DNA from: Trypethelium eluteriae
Lineage: Eukaryota
Assembly: GCA_051942245.1 (NCBI GenBank)
Contig: JAVECL010000093.1
Location: 1-55,859, forward strand
Direction of reading: 5' to 3'
DNA length: 55,859 nt
Below are positions 24,396 to 35,734 of the stretch, piece by piece. A program made the translations under genes and the position numbers. Positions within the stretch are counted from its first letter, which is position 1, and every line of letters starts with the position of its first letter. The notes below the pieces were generated by a model. It worked only from the letters and a program-made list of their open reading frames with translations. It was not told where the DNA came from and did no database searches.

Positions 24396-24934
24396 GGTTA
24401 CAGTCGGCGGGGTGGCGCTGTGAGAGTGATTGCACAGAGGCGTGACTTTTGCGATGGCCGTCGGAACTCTATGTAATTGTGATCGGACAGTCGAGAAAGG
24501 GAGATAGTGGCACTGCGCCTTGTAGGCGATTCTGCCTTCGGCGAGCAGCGGATTGGCAGGCGATGCCGGAAACCTACAGAGAGACACTGGACGGACGGCG
24601 GAAATACACAGAGAACGGACGGAAGGACCTAAGTGCGAGGCGAATCCATGGGACATTCAGAAAGGCGGGAACTAGGAGCAGAGTCCCAGCACCTTGAGGG
24701 TAAAAAGTCAAGGACTTCATGATTTTAGCTAAGTGAGAGAGCAAGGGGTGCCAGGCACCGATACGCTAATGTAAGCAGTCGGCCGAACAGAGCATAACAG
24801 ATGCCTGCCGCGCCTGCCTCGATAATGCATCGCACCTGCTGCGAAACCGTTGACGCCGCCCGAAATGTCCTATCCTCAGAAAACAGTAACTCCATCCCTG
24901 TCGCTCGTCGCCGTTTTCTCAATACTGTAGTACT

Positions 24935-25408
24935 TTAGATCTCCACTTCGTCGATGTCCTCCGTCAAACCACCCTCAAATTTGCCACGTTTGCTGGGCGT
25001 TTCGTCTTCTTTAATCTTTTCTTCTTTGACTTTGCGTTTCCTGCCAGACGTTGTTTTCCCATCGCTTGTATCGTTCTTGGGAGTCTTATCATTCTTGGGA
25101 GTCTTATCGTTCTTGGCAGTCTGCTTGCGTGGCGTTTTAGGTGGTGCTGTTGTTCCTCCTTCCTCTCCACTCTCTCCTGGTGTGGCAGCCTTTTTCTTGA
25201 GCTGCGCAAATTTTTCTGTACAGGCTTTCATCGTGCGGCCTTCGGGAAGAACAAAGTCGTTCCAGTTAGGCGGCTTGGGGACAAGCTGGATCAGAAGAGC
25301 GATCTGATGAAATCTCTCTTGAGCATGTGTTAAGAAAAATCAAAGTATGATTGGACTTACTTCTTCTGCTTCGGTCCAGCCCTTGCGGCTGCTCGCTTTG
25401 TCGGTCAT
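24935..25408 (-). CDS. Small basic nuclear protein with Myb/SANT-like N-terminus; exons 25361-25408, 24935-25303
   Basis: MTDKASSRKGWTEAEE|IALLIQL..PNW..LPEGRTMKAC..FAQLKK followed by TPK repeats and GRKRK. GTAAGT...CAG intron in phase 0. Confidence 0.75.
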
Positions 25409-26678
25409 GATGACTATGAGTAATCTCAGTACTTATCACGATAATGCTTGAAACTCAATTTCTTACAGGCTTCTCTAATGAGAAGGACAGGGTGATTGTC
25501 AATGTGAACTTGCGACTCTTGAAGATGCAGTGCAAGTGCAGAGAATGGCGACAGAAGCAGCCAGGGCGGATCAGGGGATCACTAGATGCAGAGGAGTGCA
25601 AAACGGCGAAGTGAGTCAATGGTCTTGCATTTAAGAAAGTGAGGATGTGACAGGTCACATTTCGCTCGTGACCCAAGCTCAAGACTCTGTGATATTGAGG
25701 GCCTTCCAAATTGCACGATGCCCAAAGAGGATAGCTGCTTCGGTTTGTCGTTCATTCATAGATTTCCAGAAATCATGATACACTTCTCGCATGCGTACTC
25801 CCCAAACACTTGGTGGGCATCTCTCATGTTGCATTGAGTATTGATCTGACATCCCTGATTTTCCTGCTTGTGCCCGCCCCTCTTCATTCTTACGTCAGTT
25901 TCTGTTAGTTCTTATCAGATCAAGGCTATTGGACATGGAGGTAACCAGTTCTCCACTTGAGGCCTCCTTGATCACAGGGAGTCAGGAGGCGACTGTAACA
26001 CTTGTATGTTTTTTATTTCTGTGATCATTTCTTTCTTACAGTCGCCCCATTTTCTTTCTTTCACTTGTCGGTGCAAGTAAATTGTCTCCAGGGGTTTCGC
26101 TAGGAGAGCCCTGACTCATAGGGAACAAAACTGGTAATGTGACACTTTATACCTCCTTGAAATTTATTCCTCTTTAAATTTCTCCTATTTCCTTCTATTG
26201 AATAAATATTAGAAGGCATCATTCCCCAGATTCCCGCTAGGGGCTTCCCTGTCTATGAAGGTATAAGAATCGTTCATTTCCAATGTTCACAGGTCTTGGG
26301 CGTTCTTTCAAGTATGTGATTTCTGCCAGTTCAACATGACCGACAACTGCAGTGTTACTATGCTCTCACTCACAAAATAGGGCTTCGCCGAGAGAACATT
26401 CGTGCACCATCTAACAGTTGCCAAAACCGCACTTTTGTACTTGTTCTCTTCTAGCTTTTCACATGATGCTGATCGTGAGCGATGAATTTGGAGACGACCA
26501 TGTTACTTTCTATCTCATCAATCGATTAGGTGATGGGGTTTCATAAATCTAGGATCCCTCTCGGGGTCTATGTAATGCACTCTCGACCTCACGCCTCAAA
26601 ATTTGATCTCCGTATTACTCCGAACCATGCAGTGACTCCCATGCTCCGTCACGTAACCCACAATGTTCCTGAGATAAT

Positions 26679-27512
26679 TTATTCCAATTTATCCAGATGC
26701 TCTAGCCTCGTCAGAACGACTTGCTTGCTTGTCTCTTCGATCTCGCCTGCAAGAAAGACTTCGTCTAGGATAGCATAGACCTATGTCAAATCCATTAGCA
26801 CTCTTGATCATTGCCTATTCTCCAATGACTTCGACATTGCCTTCGAGTACATTTCTCTTTCCCTTCAGTCCTGCAAGTACAACATGTCCATCTATACCGA
26901 TGGCTTCCGCGTGATGATGAGAGGGTCGCACGTCACCCACCTTGTAGAAATTGAACACTAGATCCAATTCGCACACATTCCCAAAGAACGCATCCAGAAC
27001 CTCTACAAAGAAGTGTATCGCCTCGAGGTAGGCAAGCTCATTGTCGTTCGCGTCGACGCAGGCACAGAAAAAGAGTCCGGCGTACCGCCGATATACAATC
27101 TTTTCCCGACCACGGAACTCAACAAAGTTTGATTGGTGTTTCTGGTCGCGGGGAGCAATGAGTCGATGGACCTGAGAGGATGACACAGATGAGATGTTAG
27201 TGTGAGCATGGAAAGTAGAGTCGAGAACATGAATCGAGAGCGGCGCGTTGGGTCGTTGACGCAAGGGAGATGGGAGGTCTTACTTCGCCTTTCAACTTGA
27301 CCTTCTCTTCATCCTAGAAACATGTCAGGCCCTTGTGGGCTAGGCACAGGCGGGTTTGGGGATTTCACTGACACTGAATGGGGCGTACCACTTGGCTAAA
27401 CGGGTCTTGCCTCTGTAATGGAGAGAATTAATCGTGTTGCGCGTTGAGATAATTTGGATCCAGACGGGCGCACATACTGCCGATTTTGTATGAGAATGAA
27501 AGACAGCACCAT
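26679..27512 (-). CDS. APS2: AP-2 adaptor complex small (sigma) subunit; exons 27478-27512, 27373-27412, 27284-27313, 26941-27171, 26679-26780
   Basis: Spliced product [55 protein letters not shown]...[46 protein letters not shown]. Confidence 0.96.
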
Positions 27513-27911
27513 GGTGGGCGTGGCTGTTACCCGTCTCAATATGCCAGGGTTTGTAATGAGGTCTTAAGTTTTGCGGATATCTTTGCGGAGCTCAACCCGC
27601 CGCACTTCGGACCCCGTCAACCAATAGAGTTCAGGCAGGGTAAGACATCCAGTTATAAGCTACCTTACTGGAAAACCATAGATACAATGCTGTCAGGTCG
27701 CTTCTTGAAGTACCGATAGCCGATGTACCTTCTAAAGCTTCCCCTGAAGCGCCCGTAATTTCACACCCTTGCTCCGCCGCCCCCAACAAGAGCTCTACAA
27801 AGTGCTGTCAACCTTTGCTGCTTGAGGGTTTCTGTCATCATAGACATCATCAAATCCCAGAGAGAATTCCAAACATATCATATGCAAACGTCGTCAACGC
27901 CATCAATGCCA

Positions 27912-29541
27912 TCAATACACTGTATGTGGATAAACACCGTTCTGTGGCTTGGAACCGTTGTGGCTTTCCCTTGTAGGGAGATCATCCTCAGTGAGAGTGG
28001 CGTTCGCAAACCGTTTCACGAAAGCCTTTTCAAAGTAGTCGTGGTCAACAGAATTATGCGCGTTCCCTTTCGCCACTGAGCCTGTATCAATTGTAACTGA
28101 GCCGGCAGTCAACTCGATATCGTCGGTAGTGGACAATATCTTCTTATCTCTAAGGCCGATCGCCCGCCTGCCTTCCGACATTTTTGAATCCTTGGATGAT
28201 GCAATGCCTTTTGGTACGCCATACCTAATGTTGCTATACGCCTTGCTTAGGGAATCGCCGAAATACGTTCCAAACATCTTTCGCAAATTTGGTAGGCAGG
28301 CACCGATGATACTAAGCTGGGATTCGAGAAGCGATGCAGCGAAAACATCGAAGCCAACCCCTATCTATCATGAGTCTCGATTGTGGGGCGAGGACACAGG
28401 TCGCATGTACTTACAAGTCAAATCATAGGATCTGCTTGCGAGGCGATCGAGGTAAATGGTACGAGCTATCCCGCATCCAACGACACTGCAGGACGAAGAG
28501 ATTCTCATTAGCTACGACGGCAAGGCTTGTGGACGGGGCACTTACAGTAGACCGAAGCCAAAGACAATATAAAGACCGAATTTCTGCCTGGTCGAAATTT
28601 GAAGATTCCTGACTAAAAAGTAAGGCAGCACAACAGCGTAGAAATCGCTCGCGACACTCAAGGATCCGCTGATTGCCATGCCTGCGCCGGGCCGTACGCA
28701 GTTATAAGGTCCCGTGTACGTGAGATCGTAGGATTTCCAATACGCGTCCAGTGGTTTGCAGGTCGTACAGAGAAGAGCAATGAAAACAATGCCGTAAATA
28801 GCGGTAAATGCGATTCCAATCCAAGATGCCCAGAGCATCTTTTTACTGCAGGTTCCTGCAACCATCCGACGGTACAGGAGAAGTACCGCGATTTTGCACA
28901 AGCATGTACTGATCAAGAAGACGTTGTCGCCAATCCATCCATACTGGTCAGCAATCAGCAGTTGGTTTTCTAAACATTGAATCAGGCTTCAAGAACATAC
29001 CATGGCAGATGGAACATGTTGGTCTAACCGCGTGTCCCAGACATGTCGATCAAATCCGTACTTCTCCGCGTCTGAAGACCTGTTAGGAGTCCATTGCGAA
29101 GAATCCCTCAGAAGGGTTTGCAGAATGGTGAGTGGGTAATATTACTTATTACTGCGATTGCAGACAATGCTATTGCGAACATCTGCGCACATTAGTTAGT
29201 ACTGAGCGAGTCCGATGACCGGGCATGTTCCTTACCCATGACAGAACGATGCAAATGTCATCGATCCCGAAATTGCCCACTTGTCGGGTAAATCTCGACC
29301 ATAATCGAACGGACACCGTGAAAGTGCTGGCAACTGCTAATGGAACAGCCAAAGCTGCCATCCAAGGTCGTCGTATCTGCAGCCAATTTGTTAATTCGTA
29401 TGCTTAAAAATTAGTTGCGACACGGCATGGACGTACAGGGTTGTCATAATTCGGCGGCGGCCATGACAGAACTACCGATATGGGAATGGTGCCTCTTATG
29501 CTACCATCCGGAAGACTGCCAGTTATTGGACCGCCATCCAT
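27912..29541 (-). CDS. PTH11-like (fungal rhodopsin-domain) integral membrane protein, multi-exon, no CFEM domain seen
   Basis: IPISVVLSWPPPNYDNP, VRLWSRF...FGIDD, GFDRHVWD, KIAVLLLYRR, CKPLDAYW, SDFYAVVLP..VRNLQISTRQK and IIGACLP motifs. Internal exon boundaries not all resolved. Confidence 0.88.
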
Positions 29542-31274
29542 AGCATACGAACGAGAAGGTGATTGAAGAGTATAGACACAACAGAAGGTGAGGAAACAAT
29601 GTAAGAACGATAAGCTTCTCTGTTGTGCCACGAGGCTGCTGGTGGCATGTGCTGAAGATCTCAAAAACAGGTAGCACGAAGTGCAAGTTCGAAGGGAGCC
29701 AGTCAGGGGTATATTAAAGCAGCAGCTATAGAGCGAAGGGCAGTCTCCACATGACACCGAATAAGGAAAGGATTCAAACACCACGGAGCACCAAATCCCT
29801 CGCACATGGCTAGAGTGGCTACGACATTTCTAGAGGACGCCAGGGGAAATTGATGGCGGGACGGCCAAAACCTGGTCCATGAAGTGGCAGGTCCCGTCGC
29901 ATGGCGAACTTAGTCGTAGCCAAGATCGAGTGGGAAGAAAGACGCCTAACTAGTCATACGTGGGTATGTCTTTGCGCCATTTTCGAAGCAGACACGCGTG
30001 AACCAGACGCATGGACTGTTTCCGGACAACGGACGAAACAAGGACTGGAGCGTCGCTGAAAGGTAAAAGTCCAGATGAGACAAAACGACGCCTCTAGCCA
30101 GACGCGAGAAATGTTTCTCACCAGTTCCAGACTCGAAATTCTGTAGGGTAATCACGCTCACCGTGGTCAGAAGGATGCTGAAGACCTACCAGCATGCCTT
30201 AGACCCCACATATGCATGTGATAGTGATGAAGCATTACTTAGGAATTGGAGATTCCTGAGGAGGCGCGCCTCGGAGGAGGGGAGGGGTTGATTGTTCGGT
30301 AAGCTCGGTCGCGAATCTGGATACGCTGCGATCGCCCTGGCCAAGAAGCATGTGGCATCAAACGGTCCATGTCCGGGCGATGCTGGAAGGTCTGACCGAG
30401 AAGGTGCTCCCTACCCTGCAGGCACCACTTGTTCTATGATCGTCAGTGGCTATAGTCGAAAGGTCGACTAGGTCAGGATGTGGAAGATCTCCCGTACATC
30501 CTAGCGTGGCTCGAGGCAGGGAAATGATTGCCGAGGTGCCGACTCAGCAGCCGTCCCTCTGAAACGATGAGGTTTGGCTTGACCCTCTTCATCATCCGGA
30601 TATAAACTATTCTAATGGACGGCCCTAAGTATGCAGAAGGGTGAAAGCTATCCGTTAAAAATTAAGCTTCGAGGCTATGAGGTCCCACTCGCTTCTCCAT
30701 CTGGCCGGCCTCCTCTCGTTCTCCAGGTTTCAAGCTCTTTCACACTGCGTCACCACCTCTTATCCTGTATCCACGCCGCTCCTCTCTGACTGGCCTTGAG
30801 AGGTCCAACTTATCGGTACTGGAGATTAAGGTTGTGATACTGCGGACGCTCCTGAAAATTCAGCAAGCTCACATGTACCAAACATTGATCACTTTTCCTC
30901 TTTCGTTGCTAATCAGGGGAGATCCGCACCACATCAATCCTGAGGCCAGTGAGGCGTCACATCTGTCCCTGCGTCAGCACTACATAAGATAACTAGTAAG
31001 ACAAGGCTATTACGCAAATAATACGACTCACCAAAGTTAACAATAGTGATCTCTGCTCCACGACTCTGTGGGCCGTATCATGGTTGATGTCTGCCAATGA
31101 TCAAGCCGGCTCCACATTCACCGATGTTGACGGTGACGACATGCCTAGACCGCGCCAGATCCCCACGTTCGTCTCTGCTGCGTATGATTACGATAACCAA
31201 TGACCTTGATACACGCAAAGATGGTCTTTGCTTTGCGAATCGACTCTTCTGACCTTCTCAGTCTATACAAAATC

Positions 31275-32701
31275 GGCGCACAGGTGTGATAAGCGCACCG
31301 ATAGATAACACAGCCACATCATTCTGTGGATCGAATCGAGTCGGCAATTGTGCAGGGCACACAAGAACCGGAGGAAAGAGCCGATCCGAAATCAATCTCT
31401 CGCGCACTGTTTTGGCAGCACCGTCTAACCCTAAGGATCAGAAATGCCTCTTTCGGGGGCGTTTGATGCGCATGCTGTTTCAGTCGCCTGCGCTTATTTA
31501 GACGGGTAGTTTCGTTCCCGCAGTAAAACATTGCATGTAATCTTCAGCAGCGCCAACACTGCGGCTATGACTTCTGAATCTCACATTGTCTTGGGCATGG
31601 TCTTTGTGTCAGTGGTCCGGTCCCGAGTCGAAATCTTGAACCGTACCTGATGGATACCTTCCAGGACTCTGAGGAAACATATGTGGAAAGCAAGTTGGCT
31701 ATTTACTACGGAGTACTTGAAATAATCTACGGACCCGCAAAGACTAGGCATCTCGCGCAGAGGCGATCGAATCCGATCCCATCTGCTACATGGTTAGCAC
31801 CACATTATATTAGCACGATCGGTCCGGCTCCCGGATTTAGGGTTCTGACCTTCGTGATGGAGAATTACATCCACTAATGGAAATCTCGGCTGTTATACGA
31901 TCAAACAAGATCTAAAATAGGCTGTCCTGCAGTACTCAAGTCTCCAGTAGAGTTGCAGCAGGCAAGAATGATTTGGATTCGCTATGATTTGCCCCTGCGA
32001 CATCATCAAATCACGATATCCTACCAACCGGTGGATCAACTGCCGATGCCGAATCCCTTTTCCTTTGCACAATTGCCAAGGCAGAGACACGCTCAGACGG
32101 GGGTAGGGGAGTTCCAACGAAGTGGAAATCATGGAAGAGAACCCAGCTCACCGAGTGCATAGAAAGGACAAGGACAATTGGATGGCAGGTCGAAAGATCT
32201 TTTTTGTCATTCGTATTCTTTCTTTGGAATACCATGACTTATGACGAAGCCAGGTATCTATTATCCGGGGAGTTTGATGGTGATTGTGAGCGAAATGCCT
32301 GACGCGTTGCGTCTCATCCGACTGGTCAAGATGGCATCGCGGTAGGCTACTTACCTGGAGTCCTTGTGAGACTTTCTACCCTCCCGGTCTACATGTCTGT
32401 CTTGGCGGAGAGCATTTTCCTTACCGTACAGCTTGATAGCAATGTCTCTCCTTCCCAGATCCGTCTCTCGCTGTCAAATCTCGTGTTCAATTTGTTTCTA
32501 GAGATTAGTCGGCTGCGCTGAGACTGTCGCTGTGCGCATTCGTGACCCCCCGCCTAAACCTACCTTAATCATCGCAAGGTCCCATTTACACCACAGCTTA
32601 CTTTTAGAATGCTTATATACTGCAAGCTAAAGAGGCTGACGATGCAAGTCTTGGAGTGGTATGAGTTCCTTATGCTTAGGGGGAATTTCAAGGATTCTTA
32701 C
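31275..32701 (+). ncRNA. Candidate telomerase RNA (TER); 5' end approximate (~31200-31280)
   Basis: Template-like CTAACCCTAA at 31425-31434 inside a ~3.5-kb gene-free interval. Pseudoknot-like pairings 31468-77/31545-53 and 31530-44/32328-43. Nested long-range helices; the 5' arm pairs with 32508-32537. Terminal intron-like ATAAGC (32702)...GCTAAC (32733)...CAG (32754). Confidence 0.7.
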
Positions 32702-33041
32702 ATAAGCGAATTCCTGGTTGATGATCAGCTATGCTAACGAAGCCATCTCGACAGTTGCGACATGAATTTTGAACAACAGATGATTAAATTTCCCTAAGTA
32801 TCACGTTTTGTTTACTTCCAGATTGAGCTGTTATTCATCTTCTCTTATGTTATGTGACACATTATGTTCTGTCAGACCAAACAAACATTGATTACCTTTT
32901 TCCGGTGAGCCGAAAATATTTAAAAGTCGTTTCAGTCGCTAGAGCCCGTCCATGTAGGGTAGCAATCAGAGCACCACTTTCAAACCTCATAGACAACTAA
33001 CCAATTCCTACAATCATACCGAACCTACTAGACTACTTACA

Positions 33042-34187
33042 ATGGCAGGCGATCTCATCCTCATTACCGGTACAACAGGCCACCTCGGATTTCGCACTCT
33101 CGTCCTCGCCCTCGAAGCCGGCTACAAAGTCCGTGCCGCACTCCGCGACCCATCCAAAGCCCAAAAGATTCTCAACGCCCCCTCCATCCAACGCTTCAAC
33201 CACCTGGACTCACCCCTCACCTTCGTCACCGTCCCCGACCTCACCATCCCAGGCGCCTACGACGACGCAGTCCGCGACGTCACCCACATCATCCACATCG
33301 CATCGCCGCTGCCGTCCGACCAGCCCGTCGCGCCCTCCGACTACTCCTCCGTCTACGTCAAGCCCGCCGTCGACGGCACCCTCAACCTGCTCGAGTCGGC
33401 TCGGCAACACAGCGGGCCCCAGCTGCAGCGCATCGTCGTCACGTCGTCTGTCGTCGGCCTTGTCGACTTCGCTACCTTCTACTCTGGCTCCGCGTACTTC
33501 ACGCCTTCCGCCCGTACGCCGTTCGCTCGCACGCCTAGCCCAGAGCTGCCCACAGAGCCGGGGGCTGACTTCCCTGTCTACACTGTGGCGAAGGCGGTTG
33601 CGCTGAATGAGGCTGAGGCGTGGATGCATAGGCATAGGGGAGGGGCTGGCGATGCGGCGGTTTCATTTGATCTCGTGCATGTCCATCCGCCATTTATTCT
33701 GGGCGCGAACGAGCTTGCAACGAGTGTCAGGGAGGCGATCAGCGGGTCGAATTCCTTCGTTGCGCAGATGGTGCTGGGGAGGAAGTCGCCTGTGCCGATT
33801 CCTGGGACGGTAGTGCATCTGGATGATGTGGCGGGGGCGCATGTCAAGGCGCTGGCGCCGGGGGTGAAGGTAGGACAGAAGGGGACGAGGAGTTTTGTTG
33901 TGGGCGGGGAGGCTAAGGATGGAGTGCAGTGGGAGGATGCGTTGAAGATTGTGAAGAAGGTGTTCCCGGCGGAGGTGGAGCAGGGTGTGCTGCCGAATGA
34001 TGGGAAGCAGCCGGCTGTGCATGCAGGTGCAGACGTGAAGGATGCGGAGGAGGTGCTGGGGATCAAGCATAAGGGTTTTGAGGAGATGGTTAGGGGTGTG
34101 GTGGGACATGTATTGGAGGTCGCGAAAGCGCCGGGACAGCAGCAGGAGCTGGAAAAGGTAAAGGCAGAGCTTGCCCAGGCAGAGTAA
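33042..34187 (+). CDS. Extended SDR, NAD(P)-dependent ketoreductase/aldehyde reductase (GRE2/DFR-like)
   Basis: ITGTTGHLG Rossmann motif, HIASP, VVTSS, YTVAK (YxxxK), VHLDDVAGAHV; intronless. Confidence 0.92.
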   Translation: MAGDLILITGTTGHLGFRTLVLALEAGYKVRAALRDPSKAQKILNAPSIQRFNHLDSPLTFVTVPDLTIPGAYDDAVRDVTHIIHIASPLPSDQPVAPSDYSSVYVKPAVDGTLNLLESARQHSGPQLQRIVVTSSVVGLVDFATFYSGSAYFTPSARTPFARTPSPELPTEPGADFPVYTVAKAVALNEAEAWMHRHRGGAGDAAVSFDLVHVHPPFILGANELATSVREAISGSNSFVAQMVLGRKSPVPIPGTVVHLDDVAGAHVKALAPGVKVGQKGTRSFVVGGEAKDGVQWEDALKIVKKVFPAEVEQGVLPNDGKQPAVHAGADVKDAEEVLGIKHKGFEEMVRGVVGHVLEVAKAPGQQQELEKVKAELAQAE

Positions 34188-34205
34188 GGCAGCTGCTCGA
34201 AAATA

Positions 34206-34386
34206 CCTTACCGCGATTGGGGGGTGCCTCAACTGGTAATTAGTAAAATGGTATTTCAACTTTACTGCTATGACCTTTTTGGCCCATGTTAACACCCCCT
34301 CAACATGGGCCAACGAGATCATAGCAGTAAAGTTAAAATACCATTTTATGAAAATTCAGTTGGGGAACCCCCCAGCCGCGGTAGGG
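34206..34386. mobile_element. Fold-back MITE-like element (181 bp) flanked by TA dinucleotides
   Basis: About 85-bp imperfect inverted arms (CCTTACCGCG...GGCCCATGTT / AACATGGGCC...CGCGGTAGGG) around an 11-nt spacer. TA at 34204-05 and 34387-88 fits a Tc1/mariner-type target-site duplication. Confidence 0.75.
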
Positions 34387-34519
34387 TAGACGTAATGGAG
34401 CAATTGACTGATTGTTTGTAAATCAATGTATTTCAGATAGAGGTAAAGTAGAATTTCAACATCCGTCAGAAAATTGGTAACCCCCCTCCCTCTCTGTGCC
34501 ACAGTAGACCGCATTCCCG

Positions 34520-35266
34520 TCATTCCACCTCAGATATTGCCGTATGCTCATGACTAACTCGCCCACCGGGACCCAACCATGACTCCGATCTCACGCTGCC
34601 TCCAAGACTGAGCTGGGGCAATGCATAAGTATCATCACGAGCTCTACGTTGCTCCGCCAGCGCAATCGGGTTGGAGCCTGCGATCGGCTCCGAGCGCGAG
34701 CGGCAGTGGGTTCGTCGCTGTTGAGATCCTCCTTCCGCACTGTGGGTTCCAGCTGTTGCTCGCGACATCGCCTGATTAATTATCTCGTGAATCGCCTGGT
34801 GGACCCTGTCGTTAACTATGTGCTGGCGCATAGCTGCCAAAGTTTCTTGCCATCTTTCTAAGACGCGATTGATCCCCATAGTCCGCCGACCGGTTGCGCG
34901 TCGCACAAGAGTTGCCGTGAGCGCGAAAGCGGTTCTGCGAGGAGACATGTGGCGAAAACTTACGCGGAAGCAGATGCCAAAGATGCCGCGAAACCTGAGG
35001 TAGAGTACGATCCCGATAACCACACAGCCGCTGATTGCGATGGCGGTGACGACACCCACATGCGCAACGGTATCAGGCATAGCTTTAGTGGGTTGGTTAG
35101 ATCGTGAGTGGAGGTGGGGTCCATTGGGGGGCTCTGGCAAGACCTGAGAGCTCGAAACAGAGGATGCGGTAGACACGACCTTGCTGAAGATAGAGACAAC
35201 AAGCTTTATGAGGTTTGTGATGTCATCTTTTGTTGTCAGCGGTCCCGAAGTGGATATCGGTGCCAT
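34520..35266 (-). CDS. Hypothetical single-pass membrane protein
   Basis: 248-aa ATG-initiated ORF with a hydrophobic segment VGVVTAIAISGCVVIGIVLYL followed by an Arg-rich tail; no family recognised. Confidence 0.5.
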   Translation of the reverse strand: MAPISTSGPLTTKDDITNLIKLVVSIFSKVVSTASSVSSSQVLPEPPNGPHLHSRSNQPTKAMPDTVAHVGVVTAIAISGCVVIGIVLYLRFRGIFGICFRVSFRHMSPRRTAFALTATLVRRATGRRTMGINRVLERWQETLAAMRQHIVNDRVHQAIHEIINQAMSRATAGTHSAEGGSQQRRTHCRSRSEPIAGSNPIALAEQRRARDDTYALPQLSLGGSVRSESWLGPGGRVSHEHTAISEVE

Positions 35267-35734
35267 GGTCAGTAGAAGTATTGAAAGATCGACAATTGAT
35301 TGGATGGTGAACGTGACGTTTAGGAGGCGACGTTGGGGCCAGAGGCAAAATCTTGTAGGTATCCCTTTGAAGGTGAGACGTATATCAGGAAAGGGGGTTT
35401 GTGTCCCTTTCTGCGAGCTGTAAAGTGAATGAGTGCTTTGAGTGATAACGACACGAACACATGAGGATCGAACGTGTGGAGAACCTCATGCCTACAGAGT
35501 GTCCATTGAGTGTTGAAAATTAGGTGCAACAACGAACAGAAAATCCTAGTGTTTCATTTAGCTTATCTTGGACATAGTCCAAATACGTGTAAGCTTTATC
35601 CACGGATCAAGAGAGTAATAGTTGATATGTACAGACCGCAGAGCGCCGTTGAGATGCTATTCGTTCGAAGCTCGTCCAGAATAACCAACGCCAGGGCCAA
35701 TACTCGTCCTTCGCATTACAAGACGCTATCGAAA

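Noticed and set aside
31371..31570. RNase P/MRP RNA (GAGGAAAG ... GCGGCTAT)
   Set aside because: The CR-I/CR-V P4 pairing does not form properly; the TER model explains the region better.
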